Shown in pieces: positions 1 to 10,302 of a stretch of DNA of 64,000 nt (position 1 is the first letter of the stretch; each line of letters begins with the position of its first letter). The DNA lies in the NCBI GenBank assembly GCA_963725295.1, contig CAVRYB010000035.1, positions 4,246 to 68,245 on the forward strand, read 5' to 3'. Source of the DNA: an uncultured Acidobacteriaceae bacterium. Its GTDB lineage: Bacteria > Acidobacteriota > Terriglobia > Terriglobales > Acidobacteriaceae. Under the pieces are notes generated by a model. The model did no database searches. It saw only the letters and a program-made list of their open reading frames with translations, and was not told where the DNA came from. Position numbers and translations under genes: made by a program.

Positions 1-110
1 AACCCTCGAGACAATATGCGAGAACCAACAAGGTGATGCAGTTCTAAAAGGTGAGGCAGTGGTCCTCTTTTCGCAAGATTGAAAGAATTAGGGGCGGGTC
101 TGAAGATCAG

Positions 111-1166
111 ATGGCGGGACACTTAAACATCGCGGGGCGAGAGTTGGGAGCAGGGAAGCCCGCGTATATCGTTGCTGAGCTTTCCGCGAATCACAATCAT
201 GACCTCGAGCAGGCGGTTCGCATTATCCGCGCAGCCAAGGAAGCTGGGGCGGACGCGGTCAAGTTGCAGACTTATACGGCGGATACGATCACGCTCCGCA
301 GCGACAAAGAATGCTTTCGGGTCTCGGGTGGAACGCTTTGGGATGGTCGAATTCTCCATGACCTTTATCAGGAGGCATTCACTCCCTGGGAATGGCAGCC
401 GAAGCTTAAGCAAGTTGCCGAAGACTTGGGCATGGATCTGTTCTCGAGTGCTTTCGACGACAGTGCGGTTGAATTCCTGGAACGGATGAACGTTCCGGCG
501 CACAAAGTGGCATCGTTCGAACTGGTCGACATCGGATTGATTCAGAAGATGGCTCGCACCGGGAAGCCGCTGATTATGTCGACTGGGATGGCAAGTGAAG
601 AAGAGATCTCCGAGGCAGTGAACGCGGCGCGCGCGATGGGTGCAACACAAATTGCGCTCTTGAAATGCACGAGCGCTTACCCGGCACCGCCGGACGAGGC
701 AAACTTGCGCACAATACCGGAACTGGCGCGTCGGTTTGATTGTCCTGCGGGACTCTCCGATCACACGATGGGCGTTGCGGTTCCGGTTGTGGCGGTGGCG
801 CTGGGTGCGTGCATCATTGAAAAGCACCTTTGTCTACGACGTTCAGATGGTGGGCCAGATGCAGGGTTCTCGTTGGAGCCGCAAGAATTCAAGGCTATGG
901 TGGAGGCAGTGCGTTCCGCTGAAAAGGCTCTTGGGGTGGTGCAATTTTCGCCAGGGCCGCGCGAGGCCAATAGCCTCAAGTTCCGGCGTTCGCTGTTCGC
1001 CGTGGAAGACGTGAAAAAGGGCGAACTGTTTACAGAGAAGAATGTTCGATCGATTCGTCCGTCCAATGGGTTGCATCCGAGGCATCTCACTGAGGTCGTA
1101 GGAAAGCGTGCGGCTAGCGATATCGAGCGTGGCACTCCACTGAGTTGGGCGCTCGTGGAGCTCTGA
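111..1166 (+). CDS. pseI: Pseudaminic acid synthase (NeuB/PseI family)
   Basis: Within ORF 51..1166. N-terminal IVAELSANHNH motif is typical of PseI rather than NeuB (AEIGxNH). C-terminal SAF-like segment VRSIRPSNGL...GTPLSWALV. ATG 111 (MAGHLNIAG) preferred over GTG 51. Confidence 0.8.
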   Translation: MAGHLNIAGRELGAGKPAYIVAELSANHNHDLEQAVRIIRAAKEAGADAVKLQTYTADTITLRSDKECFRVSGGTLWDGRILHDLYQEAFTPWEWQPKLKQVAEDLGMDLFSSAFDDSAVEFLERMNVPAHKVASFELVDIGLIQKMARTGKPLIMSTGMASEEEISEAVNAARAMGATQIALLKCTSAYPAPPDEANLRTIPELARRFDCPAGLSDHTMGVAVPVVAVALGACIIEKHLCLRRSDGGPDAGFSLEPQEFKAMVEAVRSAEKALGVVQFSPGPREANSLKFRRSLFAVEDVKKGELFTEKNVRSIRPSNGLHPRHLTEVVGKRAASDIERGTPLSWALVEL

Positions 1167-1204
1167 GACCAGTCCCAACTGTCTATCATCCATCGTTATT
1201 ATCT

Positions 1205-2988
1205 ATGCGAGTTCTTCTCTTACACCCCGAAGATGATCTCCGCGGATCGTGGATTGGGCAGCGTTGGGATACGGTGATCGACCTCGGACGGGCACCGAGG
1301 TCCTTTTATGAAGAACGCAGTGCAGCACTGGGTTGTCCGGTCTGGAGCATCTTTGACCTTGCGGCAGAAGTCGCGGACTTGCAGAGCTTCCGTCCAGACA
1401 TCGAACTGGGCCTGGGACACGTCGTGGATCGGTTTGGGATCGACTGGTGGGGTGTAGTCAGCCTGCCGCTGCAACCGGAACTGCAGAGAATGCGATTGGC
1501 GATTCGGCTGGCGGAGAAGCTTCGAGGATGCCAAACGCTGGTGGCGACTCGTCCCTCGCTCACTGCTGAAGCGGTGTGTCAAAAGCTTGGAGCCCGGTTG
1601 CAATTGGTGTCTGGCGGGTTCCGCAGACGGCTGGTGCATGGGGGATTACGCCGCGCTTCGGCCCTGGCAAACCTGGAGCTTTCCACAACTGCGACAGGTC
1701 GTCTTTGATAAGTACGATCCGCACTATCAGTGGCGGAGAAAGCGGGCCGTTCGCCGAAGTCCAACTTGCGGCATGGGATCGACCCGTCGTGCTGTTGCCG
1801 TCGGCGTACTCGAATGTCACGAAGACGGCGGTCGGCTATCCGCAGATTTGCCGAAACAACACTTTCTGCTGGTGCTGGCTCGCGAGTCTGGGGCGGTTCC
1901 CCCGCTGCCAGAAAATGTCGAAGCCACACCACTCTCCAGATTTGCGCCAAGCGAGGTTGACCGGAGGGAATTGCAGTGCCTTGAAGAGAAATGGAAGCAA
2001 CTCGAGCGTTCGCTCGGAGAACATCCGGCCTTTCAGATACCAAACAAGCTGAGAGTATTAGAGAAAGCGTCACGATATTTGCGCTGGGGAATTACCATCC
2101 GCGACGCTTGGATGCGGGTCTATGAGGAGCATAACATTGTCAGTTGTTTGAGCGCGGATGACTCCAATCCCTACACGCGGATCCCGCTTCTATTGGCGCA
2201 ACGACGAAATATTCCTGCGGTGGCAGTCCATCACGGAGCTTTGGATTGCTTCATGGCATTCAAAGAGCTGAGGTTTTCGGACTACATCGCTAAAGGGGAA
2301 ATGGAGCGAGATTACCTGGAGGCGTATCTGCCGGGTCCCCGCCGATCGCATTCTCGTAGGCGCGGCGTCGACGCCCGATCGAAGTACTCGCGTTTGGAAT
2401 GATGATGCGCCGTGGATCACATTCTTTACCGAGCCCTACGACACAGATTCGTGGCGGGTGGAGGAAGTTTACCGAGAGTTGCTTCCACGTCTGCTTGCTC
2501 TTGCCCGCAACGCCGGTAAGACACTCGTGCTCAAACTGCATCCGTTTGAGAGCCTCCGGCAGCGAAAGAGTCTCGTGACACGATTGCTGGGCGCCACTGA
2601 GGGAAAGTTCGTCACGGTGTCCGATGCGCCAATGTCGAACGACATAATGAAGCGGACGTGGTGCGCGGTGACCGTTGAGTCAACTGTGGCATTCGATTGT
2701 GCGGCACGCGGGGTCCCGGCGTTTTTGTGCGGATGGTTGAGGCACGCTTATTCCGGATATGCTCCGCAGTATGCTCGTTTCGGCGTCGGACGGATGCTCA
2801 CCTGTGCGGATGAACTGCTATCGATACCGGACATGCTGAAGGAGACGATACCGGGGCCGGAGGTCGCGACGAAATTGGTAGAGGCAATGTCCCCGGATGC
2901 GTTGGCGGATGTTTTACTGGGCTCGAAGAGCGGCAAATCTCGATCGCACAGCGACGCGCCGGTGACGAGCGGCCGGACGAGTGGATAA
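1205..2988 (+). pseudogene. Polysaccharide-biosynthesis protein of uncertain family (GT-B / capsule-synthesis-like), reading frame broken about 4 times
   Basis: Protein-like translation hops frames. Frame 2, 1205 to ~1680: MRVLLLHPEDD...RRASALANLE. Frame 3 to ~1738: FPQLRQVVFDKYDPHYQWRRK. Frame 1 to ~1840: GPFAEVQLAAWDRPVVLLPSAYSNVTKTAVGY. Frame 3 to ~2335: DLPKQHFLLVLARESG...GEMERDYLEAY. Frame 1 to 2988: RVPADRILVGAAS...LKLHPFES...TVESTVAFDCAARGVPAF. Length 1784 nt is not a multiple of 3. Confidence 0.6.
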
Positions 2989-2997
2989 ACCTCCTTC

Positions 2998-4053
2998 ATG
3001 ATCACGATATTCACTCCGTCGTTCGCCGACGAGGCCAACACGAATGCGCAGAATCTGAGCGCTAAGGAAATTGTCAGCCGGCTGCCGGCGGATCGCTTTC
3101 GCGTGATCATGATGGCGGAGGGCGCGGTTGATCCGCGGATAGTTGCGCGGGGAAATACCGAGATTTGGCGCTGGTCACGGCGGGGAAATACAGCGAGGTT
3201 GCTGGCTCGTCTGCTGTTTTCAAAGATCGATATCTACTTCTTCCCACGGCCGGGTCCGCTGGAGACCGCCTTTCTTTTTTTCCGGCGCTCAGCTGGTCTT
3301 TCTATTTCGCTGGTGACTTATATCGTGATGGCGCTGGATGAGATCGAGGTGGAACCGGGGCTGGAGCGGCTGATCCGGGAGGCGGACTTCGTTCTCGGCA
3401 ACTCGCAATTCGTATCGCAGACGGTTCAGAACCGTTTTGCTGTGCCCGTCGCTACCATTCATAGCGGGATCAAGCGCGACGTTTTTTATCCTCCGTTGGT
3501 TGCGCGAACCGGCGATCCACTGCTCACGGCGCTGTACGCAGGTTCGTTCCAGGCGCGGAAGAGAGTGGAACTGGTGATTCGCGAAGCAGCGAAATGGCCT
3601 GCGGTTGAATTTCGCCTTGTCGGCAAGGGAGAAGAGGAACAGAAGTGCCGGGATTTGGTTCGCGAGTCAGGCTGCAGCAATGTCACCTTCGTCGGACACC
3701 TTCCCCAGCAGGGACTGGCTGAAGAAATGCGGAGAGCGGATTTGTTTCTTTTTCCGAGCATTCTGGAGGGACACCCGCAGGTCCTGGGCCAGGCAGCATC
3801 ATGTGGGTTGCCCGCGATTGCCATGGAGAAGTACCGTCCTGACTACGTCGTGAATGGTGAGACCGGGTACTTGGTAAAATCGGACATCGAATTCTCAGAA
3901 AAACTCGGTTTGTTACTCACCGATCACGAACTGCGGCGGCAGATGTCTGCGGCTGCGGCGCGGCATAGTTTGCAGTTTGATTGGGACAAGATCACGCACG
4001 ATTGGGAACAGGTGTTCGTGGAGGCGGCCTCGAAGCGTCGCGAAAAACAGTAA
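2998..4053 (+). CDS. Glycosyltransferase family 4 (Glycos_transf_1)
   Basis: 351-aa ORF. C-terminal GT-B motif LFLFPSILEGHPQVLGQAASCGLPAIAM...NGETGYLV. Confidence 0.8.
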   Translation: MITIFTPSFADEANTNAQNLSAKEIVSRLPADRFRVIMMAEGAVDPRIVARGNTEIWRWSRRGNTARLLARLLFSKIDIYFFPRPGPLETAFLFFRRSAGLSISLVTYIVMALDEIEVEPGLERLIREADFVLGNSQFVSQTVQNRFAVPVATIHSGIKRDVFYPPLVARTGDPLLTALYAGSFQARKRVELVIREAAKWPAVEFRLVGKGEEEQKCRDLVRESGCSNVTFVGHLPQQGLAEEMRRADLFLFPSILEGHPQVLGQAASCGLPAIAMEKYRPDYVVNGETGYLVKSDIEFSEKLGLLLTDHELRRQMSAAAARHSLQFDWDKITHDWEQVFVEAASKRREKQ

Positions 4054-5912
4054 TGTGCGGGATCTATGGTGTATTTGGCGGCGATGGCGTCGCGCAGTAT
4101 AAGTCGTGGGCCGCGCAGGCCGGGCAGTTATTGCAGCATCGTGGGCCGGACGGGACCGCGTGCCTGGAGTTGATGGGGGGGCGTTGTCTCCTCGGACATC
4201 GCCGCCTGTCAATCATCGATCTCGAGGGTGGCGCACAGCCGATCGCGAATGAAGATGAAACGATCTGGGTGGTTCTGAATGGCGAGATCTATAACTACAT
4301 TGAGATTCGCGAAAGGCTGATCGCCAAAGGGCACACGTTCCGCACTCACAGTGACACCGAAGTTCTGGTGCATCTCTACGAAGCAAAAGGCCATGAACTC
4401 GTCGACGATCTCGATGGCATGTTTGCGTTTGCCATTGTTGATGAGAAGAAGGAAGAACTTTTTCTGGCTCGCGATCGATACGGCGAAAAGCCTCTGTATT
4501 ATTCGCTCTTAACCGATGGAAAGCTTGCCTTCGCCTCGGAAATGAAGGCGCTGCTGCCGTTGCCGGAGCTGGATCGTGCCTTAGATGTCGCCGCGATCGC
4601 TCAGTTCCTGGCAGTCGGATACGTGCCGGCTCCGCGAACGCATTTTGAGGGCGTAAAGAAGTTGATGGCTGGCGAAGCGATATCTTTCCGAGCGAGCGCC
4701 GGGTTGCGAACGTGGCGTTATTGGCAGCCGAGAATCGAGCCGGGAACAAAGCCTCCGAGTCGCGAAGCGGCGGTGGAGGAAGTGCGGGCGCGCGTTTTGG
4801 AATCAGTCCGGCTGCGACTTCGGAGCGACGTTCCGGTTGGAGCGTTTCTTTCGGGAGGCGTGGACTCGACGTTCATTGCCAGCACGATCCGCGAGTTGGA
4901 ACCGGCGGCGAAGTTCAGTACCTTCTGCGCTTCGTTCGACGACCAAATGTTGGATGAAGCGCCCTACGCACGCCTGGTTGCCGAGCATCTGGGCACCGAT
5001 CACCACGAAGTTCACTTTTCAACGCACGAGCTCTTGGCGATCTTCGACGAGTTGATTGATCACTATGACGAGCCTTTCGGCGACGTCTCGATGTTCCCGA
5101 CTTTTGCTGTTTGCCGCGCGGCGCGCCAAGTCTGCAAAGTCATGCTCTCCGGTGACGGAGGGGACGAGGGCTTCGGCGGTTACACGGAGATGTTCGGTTA
5201 CTATCGCTGGAACGGTGTGCGGCGTGCGCCTGTGGTGAATGCCGCCGCACGGGGGCTACGGAAAATGTGGGGACAGGATTGGCGTGGGATCGGGCTGCTG
5301 GAGTTCTTATCCAAAAGTGATTGGACCCTGCTGCATCCGTCTCAGCAACGAGGTGTGGTTGCATCTTGTTTTCTTCCTGATCATCGCGGCGCGGCTGAGC
5401 GTGGGTTGCAGGAACTTGAAGAGCGCGAGTTGGAACATGCGCGCTTGCCCTACCCACTCTCGGCTTTCGAGGCGACGGTATCGGCCTATCTGCCAGAGCA
5501 GATCATGGTGAAAGTGGACCGCGCGAGTATGTCGGCTTCGCTGGAGTGCCGCGCGCCATTTCTGAATCCTGATCTGATGCGATTTGCCACGAGTCTCCCG
5601 CTTGATTATCACTTTGCAAAAGGCATGGGCAAAGCGATTCCGCGGGAGGCGCTTCCGGAGTGGGTCCCTGACGAAATTCGGTGGCGGCAGAAGCGCGGAT
5701 TTACGCCTCCGTTGTGCGCGTGGCTTCGCGGCGAGATCAAGAAAGAAATGGAAGAGAGCCTGGGCGAAGGGATGGGAGAACTGAAAAGGCTATTGGATCC
5801 GCGCCAGGCGAAAGAGCTTTTCCGCCAGCACCTGGCTGGTGCGGATCGCAGCGGGGCACTGTTTCGCTGGTTAGTTCTCAGCCGCCGCTGCCACGATGCC
5901 GTTCTCAACTGA
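4053..5912 (+). CDS. asnB: Asparagine synthase family amidotransferase (glutamine-hydrolysing), paralogue 1
   Basis: Starts MCGIYGVFGG (Ntn catalytic Cys2). GATase-7 motifs HRGPDG, LNGEIYNY, HSDTEV. PP-loop SGGVDST. The ATG overlaps the upstream TAA (TAATG). Confidence 0.85.
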   Translation: MCGIYGVFGGDGVAQYKSWAAQAGQLLQHRGPDGTACLELMGGRCLLGHRRLSIIDLEGGAQPIANEDETIWVVLNGEIYNYIEIRERLIAKGHTFRTHSDTEVLVHLYEAKGHELVDDLDGMFAFAIVDEKKEELFLARDRYGEKPLYYSLLTDGKLAFASEMKALLPLPELDRALDVAAIAQFLAVGYVPAPRTHFEGVKKLMAGEAISFRASAGLRTWRYWQPRIEPGTKPPSREAAVEEVRARVLESVRLRLRSDVPVGAFLSGGVDSTFIASTIRELEPAAKFSTFCASFDDQMLDEAPYARLVAEHLGTDHHEVHFSTHELLAIFDELIDHYDEPFGDVSMFPTFAVCRAARQVCKVMLSGDGGDEGFGGYTEMFGYYRWNGVRRAPVVNAAARGLRKMWGQDWRGIGLLEFLSKSDWTLLHPSQQRGVVASCFLPDHRGAAERGLQELEERELEHARLPYPLSAFEATVSAYLPEQIMVKVDRASMSASLECRAPFLNPDLMRFATSLPLDYHFAKGMGKAIPREALPEWVPDEIRWRQKRGFTPPLCAWLRGEIKKEMEESLGEGMGELKRLLDPRQAKELFRQHLAGADRSGALFRWLVLSRRCHDAVLN

Positions 5913-5922
5913 GGATGAGTAA

Positions 5923-7344
5923 TTGAGCATTTCTAAATCTCTTCTGCGATATGGCGGATTTGTGCTGTCGGTCACCACGGCGCGGGTGGTGGGCACGATC
6001 CTTACAGCCGCAACTTTTCCATTTCTGGTGCGGCGGTTGGGCGTGGATATGTATGGGCTGTGGAGCTACGTGGTGGCGGTGTGCGGATTCACGGCATTGC
6101 TCGCAAATCCAGGACTGACAACCTACGCGGCGCAGCAGGTGGCGGCTCGCCGGAAGGCGGCGTTTGAAACTATTTCTGATGTGCTTATCCTGAGGCTACT
6201 CGCTGCCGGAGTCGCGGCGATTGCGGTTGTGATCGTGGCTCGGGTTGAGCCGCGGCCGGACGTCCGGCTGCTTCTCACTTGGTACGGCATCGCTTCGGTC
6301 TTTACGGGAAGTTTGTCACTGGACTATCTATTGTCTTCGCTGGAACTGTTTCATGTGCAGTCGTCGGTTTCGATCGTGCAGCAGAGCTTGTACGCGGTGG
6401 GCATTTTCACGCTGGTCCGATCGCCGAAAGATGTGATTTGGATTCCGGTAAGTATTCTCGGGTCTTCATTCCTAACCAGCGTCGTAGCCTGGATTGTTCT
6501 GTGGCGGCAGGGCTATCGATTCCACTTTTCGATTGCACCACGGCGCTGGGGAGCAATTCTGAACCCGAGCCTGCACTATGCCGGTTCTGCGTTGATGTCG
6601 AATCTTTATCATCGCAGCGGCCATCTCGCGGTTCGCTGGTACCTGGGTGAGCACGCCCTAGGCTTGTACGCGGCGGCGGCCCGACTGGCTGACGTGCTCC
6701 GGAACTTTCTCTCGGTGACCCAAAACGTGTTGATGCCGCGAATGGCACTGCGGGCGAGTACTGGCGGCGATCTCTCCCGGCTCACGAGAATCTCGTCGTC
6801 GATTCTGATTTTGTTTGGTGCACCGCTGGCGATTGGTGGAATCGTGACTGCTCCGGTGGTTGTTCCCTGGCTGCTTGGATCGCAGTTTCAGGAGGCGGTG
6901 CGGGCGTTCCAATGGGTTGCACCGTATGTGCTCACCGCTCCGGCTGCGACACTGTTTGCGGGAACGATTCTCTATGCGATCGGGAATCATCGTGCCTATT
7001 TGCTTTCGACGTTGGCAGGAGCCGTGACCGCTGTTGCGCTTAACCTTCTACTGCCGCCGTTCTTTGGGATTCCAGGAGCGTGCGTGACGTTTGTGTTGGG
7101 AGAGCTGGGAGTGGCGCTTTGTGCCTTCTTCCTGTGTCCACCAGAGGTTCGGGCGGCCGCGAAGACCCCATTGCTAAATTTTGCCATCATCGCGAGTCTG
7201 GTGATGGGCTTGTCATTGTGGATCATGATGCCGCGGCACTTGCCTCCGCTAGCGCTGGTGGGCGTCGGATGTGCCGTCTACGCGATCATCTGGGCCGGCG
7301 GAGGACGTGGTTTACTGAAGAGGGAGACCGAAGGGATCGCATGA
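5923..7344 (+). CDS. Wzx-like polysaccharide flippase (MOP superfamily)
   Basis: 473-aa polytopic membrane ORF, hydrophobic segments throughout. TTG start preceded by GAGGA at 5911-5915. Confidence 0.7.
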   Translation: MSISKSLLRYGGFVLSVTTARVVGTILTAATFPFLVRRLGVDMYGLWSYVVAVCGFTALLANPGLTTYAAQQVAARRKAAFETISDVLILRLLAAGVAAIAVVIVARVEPRPDVRLLLTWYGIASVFTGSLSLDYLLSSLELFHVQSSVSIVQQSLYAVGIFTLVRSPKDVIWIPVSILGSSFLTSVVAWIVLWRQGYRFHFSIAPRRWGAILNPSLHYAGSALMSNLYHRSGHLAVRWYLGEHALGLYAAAARLADVLRNFLSVTQNVLMPRMALRASTGGDLSRLTRISSSILILFGAPLAIGGIVTAPVVVPWLLGSQFQEAVRAFQWVAPYVLTAPAATLFAGTILYAIGNHRAYLLSTLAGAVTAVALNLLLPPFFGIPGACVTFVLGELGVALCAFFLCPPEVRAAAKTPLLNFAIIASLVMGLSLWIMMPRHLPPLALVGVGCAVYAIIWAGGGRGLLKRETEGIA

Positions 7345-8060
7345 GCACAAAATCCGGTGAGATCCGCAGGTCGATAACGGAGCCGAAAGACAGTGGGATG
7401 GATCTGATCCACCCTTCGATCCGCGACTTTAGCTATCTGGATTGCCGGCGGCGGGCCGAATTGATCGCTGAACACGCAGCGAAACTGCCGGCGGCTGCGA
7501 GCAATTTGTTGGATGTGGGCGGTAAAGGGAAGCCATACGCGTGTTTCTTTGACGGCCGAGTCGCCCACCACTATGTACTCGACGTCGCGCTGGCAACGTC
7601 GGTGGACGTCGTTGGCGACGGACGCCGCATGCCGTTTGCAGATGCATCAATGGACGTCGTATTGATTACGCAGGTTCTGGAGCACATTCCGGAGCCGATC
7701 GCGGTCATCGCCGAGATTTTTAGAATCCTGAAGCCGGGTGGAACGTTGCTGTTGAGTGTTCCGTCGATCTTTCCCCAACACGGCGCACCGGGCGATTACT
7801 GGCGCTACATGCCGCAGGGACTGGAGTTCATCTTGCGCGATTTCAAGAATGTGAAGGTTCAGGGAGAGGCGGGAACCGTACCGTCGATTTTTCTGGTGAT
7901 CAACGTCTACCTGCAACTTCTTACGGGACCCGTACCCTGGCTGCAGTCGTTTCTGCGCTGGACGATTTGTCCGCTGAATAATGTTGCCGGTCTGCTGGCG
8001 GGCAAGGTGTACCGGGGCAGCCAGTTTGCAAGCAATTATTTCGTGGTGGCCGTACGCTAG
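7341..8060 (+). CDS. Class I SAM-dependent methyltransferase
   Basis: Start MSTKSGEI overlaps the wzx stop (ATGA). Methyltransf_11-like LLDVGGKGKPY ... VLITQVLEHIPEP...ILKPGGTLLLSVP. Confidence 0.75.
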   Translation: MSTKSGEIRRSITEPKDSGMDLIHPSIRDFSYLDCRRRAELIAEHAAKLPAAASNLLDVGGKGKPYACFFDGRVAHHYVLDVALATSVDVVGDGRRMPFADASMDVVLITQVLEHIPEPIAVIAEIFRILKPGGTLLLSVPSIFPQHGAPGDYWRYMPQGLEFILRDFKNVKVQGEAGTVPSIFLVINVYLQLLTGPVPWLQSFLRWTICPLNNVAGLLAGKVYRGSQFASNYFVVAVR

Positions 8061-8099
8061 AATCATTGTTTCGTTCTCACGGACGCGGGGCGTGATTAA

Positions 8100-9098
8100 G
8101 TGGCAGAGTCAAAACGGATCCTCCTGACTGGCGGTGCGGGTTTCATCGGATCCCACCTGGCCGAAGCGCTGATTGGGCGCGGTTGCGAGTTGAGTGTCGT
8201 GGACAATCTCGATAGTTTCTACGATCCCGGCCGCAAGCGGCTAAACCTGCAGGAAATTCGATCGACTGGGGAATTCTGCTTCTTCGAAGCCGACCTATGT
8301 GATTTGGCGGCGCTGCGGAGGATCGTTGAACAGGCGAGGCCTGAGATCATCATTCACCTCGCTGCGCGCGCGGGAGTGCGGCCTTCGATTGAGCAGCCGG
8401 CTCTGTATGAGCGCGTGAACGTTGGCGGTACCGTCAACTTGCTTGAGATCGCTCGGGAATTCAAGGTGCAGCGTGTGATCTTTGGCTCCTCGAGTTCCGT
8501 TTATGGTGCGACGGACCGCGTGCCTTTTTGCGAGGACGATTCGCAGACGCGACCAATTTCTCCTTATGCGGCGACGAAGCTGGCGGGAGAGTTGATGTGC
8601 TATACGTATGCACATTTATATGGGCTGACGACAATATGCCTCCGATTTTTTACGGTCTACGGTCCACGGCAACGGCCCGATCTTGCGATCCATAAATTCA
8701 CCGCGCTGATTGAGTCAGGCAAGACAATTCCCGTATTTGGGGATGGTTCCATGGGGCGCGATTACACGTACGTGGACGACATTGTGGCAGGAGTCATTGC
8801 GTCTCTGGAGTACGAACCGCAGTCCGCTGTTCCGTTTGACGTGTTTAACCTGGGAAACTGCAGCCCGGTCCGGCTGTCGGAGCTTATTTCGAAGTTGGAA
8901 AATGCCACGGGAAAAGCAGCGCGGCAGGAACGTCTGCCCGAACAGCCGGGAGATGTGCCCATTACCTGGGCGAATATTGAGAAGGCAAAGCGTCTGCTGG
9001 GCTATTCACCGACTACGCCCATGGAGCAGGGTCTGCGGAACTTTGTGTCCTGGTATCGTTCGACTCTGATAAGTGCGGGCGGCCGGAGATCGAGTTGA
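8100..9098 (+). CDS. NAD-dependent epimerase/dehydratase, UDP-glucuronate 4-epimerase-like
   Basis: Rossmann motif LLTGGAGFIGSHL, catalytic YAATK, and LRFFTVYGPRQRPDLAIHKF resembling UDP-GlcA 4-epimerases. GTG start. Confidence 0.65.
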   Translation: MAESKRILLTGGAGFIGSHLAEALIGRGCELSVVDNLDSFYDPGRKRLNLQEIRSTGEFCFFEADLCDLAALRRIVEQARPEIIIHLAARAGVRPSIEQPALYERVNVGGTVNLLEIAREFKVQRVIFGSSSSVYGATDRVPFCEDDSQTRPISPYAATKLAGELMCYTYAHLYGLTTICLRFFTVYGPRQRPDLAIHKFTALIESGKTIPVFGDGSMGRDYTYVDDIVAGVIASLEYEPQSAVPFDVFNLGNCSPVRLSELISKLENATGKAARQERLPEQPGDVPITWANIEKAKRLLGYSPTTPMEQGLRNFVSWYRSTLISAGGRRSS

Positions 9099-9153
9099 TG
9101 GAAAAAGCCGGGATTGCCCGACATGTCCGGGGCTCAGCAGTGGAATATCAACA

Positions 9154-10302
9154 ATGAGCCGCAAGCTCGTCATTCTCACCGAAATTATTGCGCCCTATCG
9201 CATTCCGGTATTCAATGCGCTCGCAGGTCAGCCGGGCGTTGATCTGCATGTGATTTTCCTGGCGGAGACGGATGAAGCGCTCCGCCAATGGCGGGTCTAC
9301 AAGAATGAGATCAAGTTTTCGCATCAAGTTCTTCCGTCGTGGCGTTGGCGGATGGGAAAGAGAAATATTCTCGTCAACCGGGGATTATTATCGGCCCTGA
9401 GCAAAGCGAAGCCGCAGGTGATCATTTGCGGGGGATATAACTATGCTGCCTCGTGGTTCGGTCTATGGTGGGCGAAGCGTCATAAAGCCGAATTTGTGTT
9501 GTGGTCAGAAAGCAACAGCCAGGATGCGCGTTCCGGAAATCGTCGGGTCGAATCTTTGAAAATGTTTTTCTTGCGGCACTGCGACAGGTTTGTGGTGCCC
9601 GGGAAAGCCTCTTTTGAGTATCTGACGTCGCTCGGATGCCCGGCGGCGAAGATCTGGGCTGCACCGAACGCGATTGACAACGATCTGTTTGCCGGGCGCG
9701 CAGAATCCGCGAGAAGCCAGGCCGCGCAAATTAAAGAGAAGCTGGGACTGCCCGCACGATTTATTCTCTTTGTGGGGCGACTGGTACCAGAGAAGGGCAT
9801 TTTCGATTTGCTCGGAGCCTATGCCAAACTTGAGGGTGCATTGCGATCCGAGGTAGGCTTGGTATTTGCAGGCGACGGCATCTCGCGAGGGGAATTGATG
9901 GAGAAAGCGCAGGAAATCAGTCCGGGTGCGGTTTTCTTTCCGGGTTTTGCGCAGCGTGACGATTTAGCGAATCTCTATGCGCTCGCGGAGGGACTGGTCT
10001 TGCCGACGCACACCGATACCTGGGGATTAGTAATCAACGAAGCGATGGCATGCGGGCTTCCGGTGATTGTGAGTGACGTGGCGGGATGCGTGCCCGATCT
10101 GGTGGAAGATGGATGGAACGGCTACGTCGTGCCGGCGAATGATCCGGAGAAGCTGAGCGTCGCCATGGATGCTCTGTTGAGAAAACCGGAACTTCGCCAG
10201 TCGATGAAGGCGCACAGTTTCGATCGAATTCGGAACTATTCTCCCCAAGCTTGTGCCAGCGGTCTAGCGGCAGCCGGGTTGTCTTTGGTGGGGACGCGAT
10301 GA
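9154..10302 (+). CDS. Glycosyltransferase family 4
   Basis: Start MSRKLVILTEIIAPYRIPVF inside ORF 9073..10302. Motifs FVGRLVPEKG and LPTHTDTWGLVINEAMACGLPVIVSD. Confidence 0.8.
   Translation: MSRKLVILTEIIAPYRIPVFNALAGQPGVDLHVIFLAETDEALRQWRVYKNEIKFSHQVLPSWRWRMGKRNILVNRGLLSALSKAKPQVIICGGYNYAASWFGLWWAKRHKAEFVLWSESNSQDARSGNRRVESLKMFFLRHCDRFVVPGKASFEYLTSLGCPAAKIWAAPNAIDNDLFAGRAESARSQAAQIKEKLGLPARFILFVGRLVPEKGIFDLLGAYAKLEGALRSEVGLVFAGDGISRGELMEKAQEISPGAVFFPGFAQRDDLANLYALAEGLVLPTHTDTWGLVINEAMACGLPVIVSDVAGCVPDLVEDGWNGYVVPANDPEKLSVAMDALLRKPELRQSMKAHSFDRIRNYSPQACASGLAAAGLSLVGTR

Noticed and set aside
51-110. GTG 51 as the start of pseI
   Set aside because: The extra 20 residues (MRQWSSFRKIERIRGGSEDQ) look non-conserved. 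The ATG at 111 gives an N-terminus of typical length before the AELSANH motif. This remains possible.
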